Shown: positions 38,375-51,689 of the stretch, in pieces
Numbering within the stretch: position 1 is the stretch's first letter
How the letters are laid out: every line of letters begins with the position of its first letter
Source of the DNA: Felis catus
Taxonomy: Eukaryota
Reading direction: 5' to 3'
DNA: 64,000 bases
Assembly (NCBI RefSeq): GCF_018350175.1
Contig: NC_058368.1
Span: forward strand, 69,752,001-69,816,000
Made by a program: the position numbers and the translations under genes
Notes under the pieces: generated by a model
Seen by the model: only the letters and a program-made list of their open reading frames with translations
What the model was told of the DNA's origin: nothing
Databases searched by the model: none

Positions 38375-38588
38375 TTTTTTTTAATGTGTATTTATTTTTG
38401 AGAGAGAGAGATCAAGCATGAGCGGGGAAGAGGCAGAGAAAGGGAGACACACAGAACCTGAATCAGGCTTCAGGCTCTGGGCTGTCAGCACAGAGGCCAG
38501 CGTGGGGCTTGAACTCACAAACCTTGAGATCATGACCTGAGCCGAAGTCAGACACTTAACCAACTGAGCCACAGAGGCGAGGCGCCCC
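38375..38588 (-). mobile_element. CAN-SINE
   Basis: Antisense body; 'aatctgaa' on both flanks. Confidence 0.9.
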
Positions 38589-38685
38589 TCCAATCTGAAT
38601 TTTAAGACCTGGGGGAAGAGAGCTGAAAAGGGCTCAATTCCAGTGATGCGGGATATTTTTTTGGGGGGGGTCACATAATAAATAT

Positions 38686-38905
38686 GGGGCGCCTGGGTGG
38701 CGCAGTCGGTTAAGCGTCCGACTTCAGCCAGGTCACGATCTTGCGGTCCATGAGTTCGAGCCCCGCGTCGGGCTCTGAGCTGATGGCTCAGAGCCCGGAG
38801 CCTGTTTCCGATTCTGTGTCTCCCTCTCTCTCTGCCCCTCCCCCGTTCATGCTCTGTCTCTCTCTGTCCCAAAAATAAATAAACGTTGAAAAAAAAAATT
38901 TAAAA
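38686..38905 (+). mobile_element. CAN-SINE (young SINEC_Fc)
   Basis: CpG-intact 'ggggcgcctgggtggcgcagtcggttaagcgtccgacttcagccaggtcacg'; 'aataaatat' flanks. Confidence 0.95.
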
Positions 38906-39384
38906 ATAAATATATTAGTCTATTATCCCAAATAAGATATAATCGCCTCTGAAAACCTTTACTGTGAGAAACTCAAAAGAATTAATACTGATGCCTTAAA
39001 ATTATAATTGTATGAAGATGTAAGGAAGAAATGCCAAATTCATATATCCTCTGTTAAAAGGGAAAATTAGGTTCTAGAGTGCAGCTCAGACAAGGCAAAT
39101 AGTCCACCATTACTTCAGAGCAGGGAATTCAACCACACCTAATAGTTCCACAAATCAGCACAACAATCTAACACTCCCTACAGGACCAATAATGGTGCCA
39201 TCAGAGAGAGGGACAGAATTCTCATAATTTATGTTAATTTTTTATCCATATGATAATCCTCAGAATCACATTTTAGATCTGACAGGGATGCTATCATCAC
39301 CCAAATCCTCACAGTTCGTGGAAGGAAGCCACCACCCCGTGACCTTCCCTGCGTAAATTTTAAAAAGACAGATGAGCTATACAG

Positions 39385-39692
39385 GATCAGACCTGTAAAT
39401 ACAGAGAACAAACTAGCGACTGCCGGAGGAGGGAAGTGCTGGGCAAGACGGTGAGGGGCGAGGGAGGGACAGGATTCCAGGTGTGGAATGAATGTATGCC
39501 ACAAGGATAAAAGCCACGGCGCAGGGAGCGCACTCAGTGGTGTTGCAACGGTGATGTACTTTGCCAGATGGCAGCCACACGTGCGGGGAGTACAGCGTAT
39601 GGAACACGCTGGTCAAATCGCTATGATACGCCTGAAACTAACATAACATCGTGTGTCAACTACACTCAAAAAAACAAAACCAAAAACAAAAA
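39385..39692 (+). mobile_element. Carnivore L1 3' end fragment
   Basis: 'aaatacagagaacaaact...cctgaaactaacataacatcgtgtgtcaactacactcaaaaaa'. Confidence 0.75.
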
Positions 39693-39696
39693 CAGT

Positions 39697-39915
39697 GGGG
39701 CGCCTGGGTGGTTCGGTCAGTTGAGGGTCTGATTCTTGATTTCGGCTCAGGTCGTGAGCTCAGGGTTCGTGGGATCAAGCCCTGTGTTGGGGTCTATGCT
39801 GACAGCATGGAGCCTGCTTGGGACTGACTCTCTCTCTCTCTCCCTCCCTCCCTCTCTCTCTCCCTCAAAATAAATAACCTTAAAAATAACAAAAAACTAA
39901 AAAAAACTAAAAAAA
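39697..39915 (+). mobile_element. CAN-SINE inserted in the L1 A-tail
   Basis: Standard head and tail directly after the L1 tail. Confidence 0.9.
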
Positions 39916-40499
39916 GGTGAAGGAATTCTAAAGCTGACAGATTCACTCAAAAAAAAAAAAAAAAAAAAAGACACAGAGAGGAAGAGATGTGCTTAATCCA
40001 AAGGGAAGGGCAGCTAAGACCCTCTAGAGCAGCGTTCCAACAGACACATGTACCCTTTCTCAGACAGGCCTACTTGTGTGTCTCAGGGCCTTTGCCGGAT
40101 GATGGTGACCGAACAGCTGTTAGATGGAGCCCAAGATGGGGCAAGTGAGGCTCCCCATTTCCCTTCATGACAGCTGGACTCCCACTGGCGCTGCTTTCCA
40201 GCCATCGGGCAAGCTGGGCCGCCCCTGCTGCAGGCCCCGCTGGGGGCTCCGGGAACCCCCCTTGAGTGCACGAAAGAGGGAAGGTGGGGGGCAGCCAGGC
40301 TGCCTCTCCTAACCCGCGGGCCTCAGGGGACTCTGGCAGTGGCAGCCGAGTGCCGGGACCGAGCCATCCCCCTCGGCAGTCCCCCGTGCACAATGCACGA
40401 ACAGGACGACGCGCCGGTCGCTCTGGTCCTACCACGTGTTACATGCTCAGAGGTCACACTCGTGGGTCAACTAACCTGCCAAGGAGGATCCCAATCTCC

Positions 40500-40696
40500 T
40501 TTTTTTATTTTATTTTCCTTTATTTTGAGAGAGTGAGTGAGAGTGAGGGAGGGGCAGAGAGAGAGAATCCCAAGCCGGCTCTGCACTGTTAAGCACAGAG
40601 CCCGATGTGGGCCTTGATCTCAGGACCATGAGAACATGACCTGAGCTTAAATCAAGAGTCGGCCGCTTAAGAGACCGAGCCACCGAGGTGCCCCCC
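40500..40696 (-). mobile_element. CAN-SINE
   Basis: Antisense body ending 'gagccaccgaggtgcccccc'. Confidence 0.9.
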
Positions 40697-41974
40697 AATT
40701 TCTAATTACAATTGCCAAAGATTACCTCAGACGAAGGTAGCATGCTGCATATTTTGTTCCACGGAACCTAATTTTCCCCCACAATTATCTGGCCAAGAGT
40801 CTTATTTTCAAGAAATACACATCAGAACTACTGTTCCAAAGAACACAATCTGAAAACCCTGCCTGGTCTGTCTTCTCCACGTATATTTGAGTCTTCATGG
40901 GTCAGAGACATTTTTAAGACTCAAAAAGAGGAAAAGGCACTTTTCTGGTAACCCGGGAGAACAGGGCAGGGAAGGCAGGGCTGCTGGCCCGGAATGCACC
41001 GGAATGCACAAGGGTAACCCAGTCCTGCAAAACCCCACCTCAGAGCATGGGTTCCATCCCCTCCTCCCACAGGTATCTACCCAAACAGGTAATCAGTAAC
41101 ATTTGGTGCCACTTGGAAGTAACCACCACCTCCCTTCTGTTATCAAGTCTCAGGAAAGAAACAGCAAAGTCGCCTGGTGTCACCACCAAGGGGAGATAAG
41201 AAGAACAGAGATTTCTTATTTAATTTCTAATTTAAAAATCTTCCCCTGAATCATTAGGAGCTGGCTCTCTGATTAATGTGTGTCTGGCCATGCCCTTTTA
41301 AATCTGACCTAAACACTACCCACCAATGATTTATATGCCATGGGCGGGGGGCAGTGGGGGAAGGGGACAAAGAGAGACAGTCTATTTACAGGGAGAGGAT
41401 CAATGGATGGTGTCAAAGTTCACTGTAAAAGGTATTCGGCTGTTCTCTGCACCAGAGTTCTTCACTGGTGGGGAAGACCCGGCTAAGTTCTCAGAGTCCT
41501 AGATTAGCACCCTCCACCATTAACGTGTCCAAGTAATATAAACAAGGTGCTCTCTCTCATTAGGAGGACTGCGCACTCTTCACATAATCTTTATAAAAGA
41601 AAGACTCCCAGGAAAAAACTCTGGGAGTCTCATCTCTGGGTGACTTTGAACTCCCTCTCCCCCAGGTCTGTTCTCCCCTCTCCATTCTAACAGAGACGAT
41701 TTGCCAGGCACACGGCCACCCAACAAGGCCACACGTGCCAGCTCCTGCAGCAGCTCAGCAGGCTTGGCCGGGTGACTAAGTTCTCACCCGTGGAATATGC
41801 ACAGAAGCGACTGCCCCTTCCTGGTCTTGGCCCTGAAAACACTGGCAGCCAGAGAAGACAGTGACCGAAGACACAGGAAGCCATGGGTAACAGATGGCAG
41901 AGCTACCCTCCAGGGCAGGGCCCCGATGACCATGTGGACTGGAGCCCAGTGACCCCACATGTGGGACGGAAAGA

Positions 41975-42291
41975 GAGTTGACCCTTGAACAAAGTAGGGG
42001 TTTAGGGGCACCGGCCCCTGTGTAGTTGAAAATCGGCATACAGCTTTGGTCTCCCCAAAATCTTAACTACTGTTGCCTGGAAGCCTTAATAATAACATAC
42101 AGTCTCTTAACACACATTTTGTATGTTCTGTGTATCATGTACTGTATTCTTACAGTAAAGTAAGCCAGAGAAAATGGTAGTAAGAAAATCATAAGGAAGA
42201 GAAAATACATCTACAGTACTGTCCTGTCTAGGAAGAAAAATCGGCATGTAAGTGGACATGTGCAGTTAAAACGTTGTTAAAAGGTCAACTG
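41975..42291 (+). mobile_element. Tigger2a/MER8-like non-autonomous TcMar element
   Basis: Terminal inverted repeats 'agttgacccttgaacaa' and 'ttgttaaaaggtcaactg' followed by TA. Confidence 0.85.
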
Positions 42292-42394
42292 TACTTTTCT
42301 CTCTTGTGTGAGATGCTGTTTGGGGACCACTACAACAGCAGCTCAGCCTAACACTAATGAATACACCATCTGATCGTTTAAAACCATGTTGCAT

Positions 42395-42590
42395 GGGGTG
42401 CCTGGGTGGCTCAGTCAGTCGAGGGTCCGACTTCGGCTCAGGACAGGATCTCACGGTTCATGGGTTCGAGCCCCGCATCAGGCTCTCTGCTGTCTGCACA
42501 GAGTCTGCTTAGGATCCTCTGTCCCCACCTCTCCCTGCCCCACCCCCGCTCACGCTCGCTCACAAATATTTAAAAAATTAAAGTAAAATA
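42395..42590 (+). mobile_element. CAN-SINE
   Basis: TSD aaaa(c/t)catgttgcat on both sides. Confidence 0.92.
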
Positions 42591-42849
42591 AAATCATGTT
42601 GCATATTCATTTTTAAGTTTGTCAAACATGTCTGCCTGACTGAGTGACTACTTTGTGGAGCACAGTTCCTTCTTCATTAGACTCCAAGCGCATCCCTGAT
42701 GCTCTCCTGCAGCACAGACTGACCTAATCACCTACAGATCTTCTGGGCTCTGGCCGTCCGGACCTAATCCTCACACCAATCCTCCCAATCCACCCCAGCT
42801 GGCTTTCTTCCCCTGATGGCACTTTCCCACGTACAATATAACAAGCCGT

Positions 42850-42985
42850 CTTCTCCCATTAGAACACGGCTCGTGCCAGTGGGACTGCCTTCTGGCTCGT
42901 CCACTGCACTAACTCCCAGGGGCTAGCACAACGCCTGACACGTGGCAGGCACACAACAAATATTATCTGAATGAAAAATGAATTC
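42850..42985 (+). mobile_element. L2 3' end fragment
   Basis: 'ctagcacaacgcctgacacgtggcaggcacacaacaaatattatctgaatgaaaaatgaa'. Confidence 0.65.
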
Positions 42986-43397
42986 ACTCGAAACCTATCC
43001 CGTTTTAAGTTACAAAGTCTTTAACTGCATGATACCCATTACATTCACAAGTCACGGCACCCCAGAAGAAGATGGAGCTTGAGAAATTATCTACATTTAC
43101 TGGTTTTCAAACTAGAACCCAGCGTTTTCTCACAGTGGCTTCTAGGGCTTCCATCAGGACATGATCTATCAGGACATGATCTCACGATTCATGGGTTTGA
43201 GCCCCACATCAGACTCTCTGCTGTCTGTGCAGGGTCTGCTTAGGATCCTACAAACATTTAATTTCAATTTATTATTTAATTATCTTTCAAATTAAAAAAA
43301 ATTCAACAGGTTGAACACTTTCACACATATGCATTCAAAATAAAACATATGCCTATTTTACTCCAACATTCATGACTCTTAAAAACTAAGCTACATT

Positions 43398-43510
43398 GGG
43401 GACACCTGGCTGGCTCAGTGGGAAGAGCATACGACTCAATCTCAGGGTCATGAGTTCGAGCCCTACACTGGGTGTAGAGGTTACTAAAAATAATAACAAT
43501 AAACTTAAAA
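43398..43510 (+). mobile_element. Short, older-type CAN-SINE lacking the CT tract
   Basis: tRNA-like body plus A tail; TSD aaaaactaagc(ta/ca)(c/t)attg. Confidence 0.85.
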
Positions 43511-44296
43511 AAAACTAAGCCATATTGTGTCTAATACTATTCTTCATGCCAGATACCATATTTTACTGCTCTAACAGGTTAAAATCAATTGCATTTTTTT
43601 TCAAAAGTCAAAAAGGATGCATCCCCAGGAAAGAGGAAGAGAAGTCTCCAAGGGACACACATGCTCCAACAGCATCAGTTTATTTTCCACCAGATACAGA
43701 GATGCCCAGGCAAAGACAACAGGACCGGGAGTTCATGCATGGGCCAGCCTCTCAGTAATTCACAAAGAGCAGATCTGTGTTAACAAAAGCTGAAGTAATG
43801 AAGTCTTTCAGTTGTGTCCTTTAATTTGTCTCATCCACAAAGCCCAAGATTTACTTACAGGCCGTGCTGCAGACTAGAAATCTCAGCCTGGTCTTGAAGC
43901 CACCATCTTTAGCCTGGGGCAAAGTCACTTTCCTCTCTTGGGCCCCCTCTGAATGTACAGAACAGCAAGAGAGGATCAGGTCTGCAGTTCTCTTGGGCTC
44001 CGACAGCTGACGCTGCTGGTATGTCAGGGCTCAGTGGCCTGGACCTGAGGAAGCCCTCTCAGCACCCAGACAGCTCCCAACCTACATCCAAAACACCCCA
44101 CTTCCCGCCAGGGAACATCCAGGCAATTCTTTGTCCCGCATCCTGACCTGGAGCCGGCCTCTACCTGGAACCTCAATTCCAGAATTAAAAGCAAGCCCCC
44201 CAAAATTAACTATCAGACATGCTAAAAGGAAATCTTAAAGGTAGGTGGCCACCTTCCTACCCCGGGCTAAAGTGTCATTAAGAGTCAACGCGAGAT

Positions 44297-44515
44297 GGGG
44301 TGCCTGGTGGCTCAGCTGGCTGGGCGTCCAGCTCTTGACTTTGATTAAGGCTCAGGTCATGATCTTGCAGTTTGTGGGTTTGAGCCCCCGAGTCAGGCGT
44401 GGAGCCTGCTTGGGATTCTCTCTCTCCGTCCCCCTCTGTCCACCGCCCCCCTCCCAACCCTCCCAACCCTGCTCACCCACACACTCTCTAAATAAATAAA
44501 CTTAAAAAAAAAAAA
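44297..44515 (+). mobile_element. CAN-SINE
   Basis: Standard head and tail. Confidence 0.85.
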
Positions 44516-44702
44516 TACAATGAGAGAAATTTAATATCTCAGAGCCTAAGTAAAAAGACCTGTTAACCACAATGCAGAGTAAAACAGCAAAAAACAAAAT
44601 CTGCATACACACTTCAACATGCTCGTGGCCAAGAACAGGGAAGGGGTTAACAGAGAGACAGCTGTATACCTGTGACCACACTGAAACCTTAGTTTTCATT
44701 AG

Positions 44703-44897
44703 TGTTAGGGACTGAACTGCGTGTCCACCCCTCTACCCAAAATTCAAATGCTGAAATCTGTCTCATATCATAAGACACCAGATCTGCCTGTGCCTTGACC
44801 TTGAACTTCCTAGCCTCCATAACTATGAGAAATCGATGTTTGCTGTTGAAGCCCCCAGCCTGTGTAATTTGTTATGGCAGCCCAAGCGGACTCAGTT
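44703..44897 (+). mobile_element. Internally deleted MLT1A-like LTR
   Basis: 5' 'tgttagggactgaactg...caaaattcaaatgctgaa'; 3' 'cctagcctccataactatgagaaat...ttgttatggcagccc'. Confidence 0.75.
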
Positions 44898-45589
44898 ACT
44901 GAGCGCGTGAAGAGACAAGAGGCATCTGGAGGGCAAAAGGTGAAGAAAGAGCCAGTAAGATCTTCATGCTCTGGGGGTGGTACAGCCCTGTCCTTGCCTG
45001 GTCTCCTTTCCCTCCACACACCCCACCTGTGGGGCTCCTCCAAAGTCACACATACATATATTAGCACTATGCCTCTTAACAGAGAGAGACACTTAATAAA
45101 AGCTTAATTTTTCAGAGAAATGCCCAAAATCTGTACATTCAGCTATACGGTATCAAACTGTATATGCTACAATATTCTCATTCTTAAAATCTTTTATAAA
45201 CAAATAATAGACCCTCTCAAAATAATCCTAATGGTTTTCAACATTCAAAAAAGTAGTTCTTGTATCCTATTATTAAAGTATCCTCATCTTTGTAGGTTGG
45301 GTACATGCCAACAGCAAGGGGATACGAGAAAGGTACAATGAAGTAAGAGGGACAGGAAGGACATGTGGGGTCAGGGAAGGCCACAAGCTTTGCCACTGGA
45401 CACAACGAGGCCCAAAGTCCAGTTGTATTTGCTAGGTGGACACCAAAGTTCTGAGTGTTTCCGTTTGCCCGTCAATTAAAATGAGATGATTAGGGATGTC
45501 CAACAAAGGGTGCCTGGTTCTTGTCACCAGGACCATTAATGTGGAAGGTGGATGGCAGTTTGCTGGGACTGATACTACAGGAGATTTTT

Positions 45590-45748
45590 AATTTTTTTTT
45601 TTATTTTGTTTATTTTAGAGAGAGAGCACCCAAGAGAATCTTAAGCAGGCTGCTCGCTGAGCATGACTCAACTCCATGACCCATGAGATCATGACCTGGG
45701 CCAAAATCAAGAGTCGGACCCTCAACCAACTGGGCCACCCAGGAGCCC
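45590..45748 (-). mobile_element. CAN-SINE
   Basis: Antisense body; 'aggagat' flanks. Confidence 0.85.
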
Positions 45749-46195
45749 TAATATAGGAGATATTTTTTAAATGGAGAACTCTATACCTCCTTCCAATTGT
45801 AATGTCTAAAATTTCACAGACTTCAAATTTCCGAAGACAGTTACCACTAAATAAATTCAATTACCATGGCATTAAAAATGAATAAACCAGAGCACTGAGA
45901 GACCAGAACTGCCATCCTGAAGGTCTCCACATTGGAGGGAAGAGTCCTCGCAAACAATTTCATGTATGTCACAAACGAGATGCACTCAAGGTAACAATAA
46001 ATCTAATTACACAAAATGAGAAAATTTTCTACATTCCTGTAGTATTTCCCAAAAGAGTCAAAAATGAAAAGCTCTTTGTGTCACGTGTGAATTTATGGAA
46101 AAGATGCAAAGCAAGTCAAAACAGTTTATCTGGCTCTTCTATTGCTTTTCTCATTTTAACAGAATTGTTGATATCACATTAAATTTTCTTCTTGT

Positions 46196-46395
46196 GGGGC
46201 ACCTGGGTGGCTCAGGCAGTTAAACATCTGACTCTTGATTTCAGGTCAGGTCACGATCTTGCGGTTTGTGGGTTCGAGTCCCAAGTCGGACTCTGCACCG
46301 ACAGTGCGAAACCTGCTTGGGATTTTCTCTCCCTCCTCTCTGCCCCTCCCCTGCTCTCTCCCTTCAAAATAAATAAACAAACATTAAAAAAAAAA
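46196..46395 (+). mobile_element. CAN-SINE
   Basis: Standard head and tail. Confidence 0.9.
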
Positions 46396-47711
46396 TCTTC
46401 TGGAAACTTCCTTTTGAACACTACTCTGACAATTGCTTTTATGGTTTATAACATTATGTGATTTTATAAAATTGGGTACATAATACCTTTGGAGATACAT
46501 CAAGTTTTAGAGGCTTACCTTCCCCCAAAACTACTAACTCCTACTCCCACTGTAAAAAAGAAATCTTTTAACCACAGGACATCTCTTTCCTTAGTGGATA
46601 AAACCTATGTAAGACTGTAACCCCTGACACACAGCTTCTTCCGGCAATCCCTCTGAGGTCAGGGAGAACGGCAGACCCACCATCCTCCAAGCGTCCACCA
46701 GACAGGACCCACCTACTAACACTAAAATGGTAGATGAGGCCTGTCCCAGAAACTACCACTCACCCAAAAATCAGCCCTTCCAGGACAGGTAAGAAAAGAG
46801 TGCCACGGACATAGGTGTCACTGCGTGACCACAGTGGGGACGAGACGTCAAGTGCTAAAACCACTGTGTCCATTTTTTAAAAACTTGTTTTGCATATACT
46901 GTGTTTCAAGGACAACCTACGCAATGCTTATGATTCACTAGTTATTTGTAAGCACCTTGTCAGAGGCCAACATGTGACCATGTTCTACCAAGAGAAGCAA
47001 GCTGCAGACCACGGCTGGGAAGTCAACCCATCGCTAGATTCCACTATCTTGCACATGGGCTGGCACCCACTACTGGCATGGGAGGTCCGGGCCAGGCCGG
47101 GGACAAGACCACGGGTGCGGGGCCGGCTCCAACACCCACGCGCAGTGAGCGCTAGCAAGGGCTCTGAGTGTGCACCCGAGAACAGAAGTGTGCACTCCTG
47201 CCTGGTCTGGCCACGGCTCCGACACGTGACACTGTTCTGTGATCATCCTCCTCTGCCTGCCTGTCTTACTCCTGAAATCAATTTTTTTAAGTTTTCAAAT
47301 TCCTGATTCTAATTAGTTATAAATGAAAATGTGACACACATATTTTGGAAGCTAAATTACCATCTGAAATACGGAACAGCAATGGGGTATCAGCTCCACG
47401 GAAGTTAAAACCAGTTCTGGAAGACAAGCTAACAAACTGTTCTTATGTAAGATAATGACAAGCAAAATCCTTCATGACTTCCATGGACGAATGCACTGGC
47501 TTCCCAGGAAACAACACAACTGGCTTCAAAAGCAGACCTTAAATCTTCAGTAATGTTATCAGAAGCAGAAGTATATGTTATAAGGATATATATTGGTCCC
47601 TTTTTCATGCAACTGAAGGGGGAAACTGAAACGGATAAAAACAATCATCTCTACAGCCCAGATTTAGTGAGAAGAACTCATGCGTGTTTAGGCGTCAGGT
47701 GTGATACTTAC

Positions 47712-47768
47712 TAGATCTAGTGCAGAGCCTCCACCAAGATATTCCATTATTATCCACAATTTAGTGTC
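47712..47768 (-). CDS. STK24: STK24 exon 3: DTKLWIIMEYLGGGSALDL
   Basis: ttctgtag| ... |gtaagt; 57 nt; kinase hinge; read manually, not in ORF track. Confidence 0.96.
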
Positions 47769-48504
47769 CTACAGAAAAAAAGAAAACAAAAAAAGGAAAT
47801 TATTTTTCAAAAGCAAAACTAGAAAGATTTTAAATAACCTCAGGGTATTTTTCACTGTTATCTTGGAACTGGAAAATTTCATAAATGCGTAACAGCAAGA
47901 ATGCACGTGCACGTGAGTCCCGTGCAGGGAAAAAGCCCTCCCGGTGCAGACGGGGGCAGGGCTGGCCCAGTTCGTCCTGGTCTGTGGCAGCCACACAGAA
48001 GCAGCAGGTTCAGGGTCTACTGAACCAGAATCTCTCAAGGAGCAGATGGAAGGCACGGTGGTCGGAGTAGGGGGCTCCCCTTCTAAAGAACCTCAGGTGG
48101 TGATCCTGAAGAACAGCTGGATGTGGGGATCAGGGACCGCAGCGTCACACGTGGCACACCCCAGTGTCAGCTAGGAGGCGCCCGGAGCATGCAGCCGCAG
48201 GAACAGGTCCCTGCCCTCTCTCTGCCTGAAGCTCTGGGATGTGCAGGGCCCAGGTTCCCTGGGAGCTGAGCAAAGGTGAGGACTCCTGGGGGGAAGGGGA
48301 GGACGGACAGCAGTGCAGCCTTTCATCCACCCCCTTGAAAGGCAGCCAATTTCCGACAGCCCAAAGGCTACCGTAATCTTCAGGGAGCTTTCCAGGAAAG
48401 CAGGCCCCAGCCTAATGCTTGGGTCTGTGTGCTCACCACTGTCCATTCCGTGACTTTTCCCTTTGTCTCTCCTGAAGCCACTAGGCCCCCATGACTTCTA
48501 GAGT

Positions 48505-48641
48505 TTGTTTGTTGGTTTTTAAGTAGGCTTCACACCCAGCGCGAATCCCAACACAGGACTTGAACTCACAATCCTGAGATCAAGGCCTGGGCTGAGATCA
48601 AGAGGCAGACACTTAACCTACTGAGCCACCCAGGTGCCCCC
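48505..48641 (-). mobile_element. Short-type CAN-SINE
   Basis: Antisense tRNA-like body; 'agagtt' flanks. Confidence 0.85.
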
Positions 48642-49547
48642 AGAGTTCTTTTTTTAAACACAAATCCTAAAGCGATACTCACTTGAAAACCAACAAGTAA
48701 GCCAATTTCCACACCGCACTTGGGATAGGGAGCATCCGTGAGGTGGTGAGGAGCTCCCCAGGCTCGGGGACAATCCAGACCAGGGTGTGGGTCCTAAGCC
48801 CTCCTACAACCTGAGGGACCCAGGCAGATATTTCCTCTCCAAGCCTCTGCTGTCAACAGTGGCTGACCCACAGCCAGCAGGCAGGCAAGAAGGCCCCCTA
48901 GTGATGTGGATACTGGTCACGGCTCTGGTGGCGAGGAATCCGTGAGTGATTCTAGGGATGCGTGACCCAGCACAGCCCTTTCCCACCAGCGACCCCAGTC
49001 CCACCGACGCCATCATTCAGTGGCCACCTTCCCTTGGATGCTCGTTCTCCACAGCTCCCATCCTGTGTTCAATCACTGTCCCTTTCTGTAGGCTGACTCC
49101 TCCCCCATGGTCCTGATGAGCCCTAAAAGCTGTGGGTTCTGCCTCCTCCTCCCCTCCTGGCTAGAATTCCCAAACCAGAACCCCCAGCTGCTGGTTTCTC
49201 TTTCCCAGCAGAAGAGAAGGGTGCTAAGAAAAACTGTGCTACCTCCCCACCTGGATCAGGACAGAGATGCTGTGCATAGTATGAAAACCAGGGACAGAGT
49301 GAAGGACAGATCTCCGGATACAGAGAAGCCCCTGGTGCAGGTGTAACTTGTGCCGCCTCGGGCAGCACACCCCGCAGGCAGCATCATGCCTCCAATGCAC
49401 GTGTACGCAACCCAAGACAGAAAAGGTCTCTTAACCTGGCCCGTCAGTCAGGATTCCCAATAATTTCTACCTCCACCAACCCTAAAAGAAACATTCAAAA
49501 GGGAGCAGTAAATGGATGAGTTGGGGGAAGGGTAAGACGGGCTTTGA

Positions 49548-49757
49548 GGGGTGCCTGGGAGGCTCGGTCAGTTTAGCGCCTGACTTCAGCTCAGGTCATG
49601 ATCTCACAGCTGGTGAGTTCGAGCCCCGCATCAGGCTCTGTGCTGACAGCTCAGGGCCTGGAGCCCGCTTCAGATTCTGTGTCCCCCTCCTTCTCTGCCT
49701 CACCCTGCTCACACTCTGTCTCTCTCTCCTTCAAAAATAAACAAACATAAAAAAAAA
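49548..49757 (+). mobile_element. CAN-SINE
   Basis: TSD aagacgggctttgag at 49534-49548 and 49758-49772. Confidence 0.95.
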
Positions 49758-49810
49758 AAGACGGGCTTTGAGAGTGGCGGGCAGGGCATACTCACTGCCT
49801 CTGGACTACA

Positions 49811-50012
49811 GCAGGGCTCTCTCATCCTCAGCATTCGAGGCTGGGTGAGCCGGTGGGGGCACGGTCCCGAGCCCTGGGGGTTGGTCAGCAGCATCCTTGC
49901 CCCTCTACCCACTAGAGGCCAACAGCACATCCCCAGTCCTGACAACCTAAAATGTCTCCAGACATCACCAGTGTCTTCTGGGGGCCAAAACCACCCCCAC
50001 TGAAAACCCCTG
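49811..50012 (+). mobile_element. MER20-like hAT-Charlie element
   Basis: 'agcagcatccttgcccctctacccactagaggcca...tgacaacctaaaatgtctccagacat...gggggccaaaacc'. Confidence 0.85.
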
Positions 50013-50686
50013 AACTACACAATCAGTGTCAATAAGCCTGAAGTATGACTGGACCACCAACTCTAACCATTAATTCTCTCCTTATTCTTAGCACAGCCAG
50101 TTTATAACCCTGAAACCTCCAGCTCGAAGGTTATCACTTACTCACTGCGAGGCATCGAAGCTTTCGAATTCTTCATCCAGAAAAAGATGGTAATAATCTC
50201 TCTGTTTCGAAACCTCACAATTCAACTGACAATATAATGAGATAATGAATGTGAAAGCACTTTGCAAAGTTCAAGGTACTAAACACATACAAAGTGCTAT
50301 TAGCTTTATCAACACCATCGCCCATAAATGCCTTAAAATAACCTGGTAAAACCGAAAGAGCCCAATTAACAAGACTAAATAGTAGTTCTCTGCATGGGAG
50401 GATCTGAGCAAAATAAAATCTGCAACAATGATTCATACACATTCTACACCACAATGAAAAAAAAAATAATTATTGCCCTACAAGCTCTGAGGCAAGGATG
50501 TCTAGGAAGGATGGTCGGTTCAAGCGACACACCTGACCCATTCTCTGTGATCAAGTACTGTCATTGTCCAGATTGTGGAATCCCGGCCCTTCCAAACCAT
50601 GATTTGTGGGGGAAAAAAATAAATCAGCTTCTTAAGACAAGAATGATTTTAATCAGAATAATTTCATTTTTTAAAACTCACCTCAA

Positions 50687-50895
50687 GGGGTACACGGGTG
50701 GCTCAATTCATTAAGCGTCCGACTCTTAGTTTCGGCTCAGGTCACGACCACACAGTTCATGGGTTCAAGCCCCATGTGGGGCTCTGTGCTGACAGTGCAG
50801 ACCCTGCCTGGGATTGTCTCTCCCTCTCTCCACCCCTCCCCTGCTCATGTGCCCTTCCTTGCTCTCTGTCAAAATAAATAAATAAACTTTTAAAA
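50687..50895 (+). mobile_element. CAN-SINE
   Basis: TSD-like aaaac(t)cacctcaa. Confidence 0.9.
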
Positions 50896-51198
50896 ACCAC
50901 CTCAAAAAATGTAAATTATAAACGACCTTGTGATACAATTTTCTCCTAAACAAAAGAAAATGGTTCCTCTAATAAATTCAAGATTCAAAATTTAAAAGGT
51001 ACCAGAACGTATACATTGAGAACTTTCCCTCTCACCCCTGGCCCCCAGCTGTCCAGCCTGTAACCTCAGAGAAATATTTTACCCAAATACCCATGAATTC
51101 TTTCTCCCCTTCTACGCAGATGGCAACATTCTATACACCGCTCTCTACCTTGCTTCTTCTTAGAGCATTCGCTATCTGTCCATCAAGAAATCCCCCTT

Positions 51199-51398
51199 GG
51201 GGCGCCTGGGTAGCTCAGTTGGTTAAGCATCCGACTCTTGGTTTCAACTCAGGACGTGATCTCACAGTGCGTGGGTTCAAGCCCCGCATCGGGCTATGCA
51301 CTGACAGCACAGAGCCTGCCTGAGATTCTCTCTCTCCCTCTCTCTCCTCTGTCCCTCTTCTGCTCTCTCTGCCTCTCAAAATAAATCAACTTAAAAAG
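51199..51398 (+). mobile_element. CAN-SINE
   Basis: Standard body; 'aagaaat' flanks. Confidence 0.92.
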
Positions 51399-51689
51399 AA
51401 GAAATTCCTCTTTTCTAAAACCATAACTAACGCATGCCATAGTGACAACATTGAGTTGTTTCCAATCTTTTGCTGTCATGAGCCAAGCGTTAAGAAGAAC
51501 CCTAACATGCTGTCATTTTGAGAAGTTCCTGGAAGGCAAATTTTGAGATCAAAGGAATCCCCTAGAATTTCACCAAATAATGACAAATTACAATTCAAAG
51601 AACCTGTCTCAGTTTATAATGCCTCCAACAACAAAGGAGTACTAATTTCTTCCTTCCTTTGCCAATTAGGTGTAATGTTTTTCTGTCAT

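Noticed and set aside
43398..43470. tRNA-like sequence with A and B boxes
   Set aside because: Followed by an A tail and flanked by a TSD; it is a tRNA-derived SINE head, as are the others.
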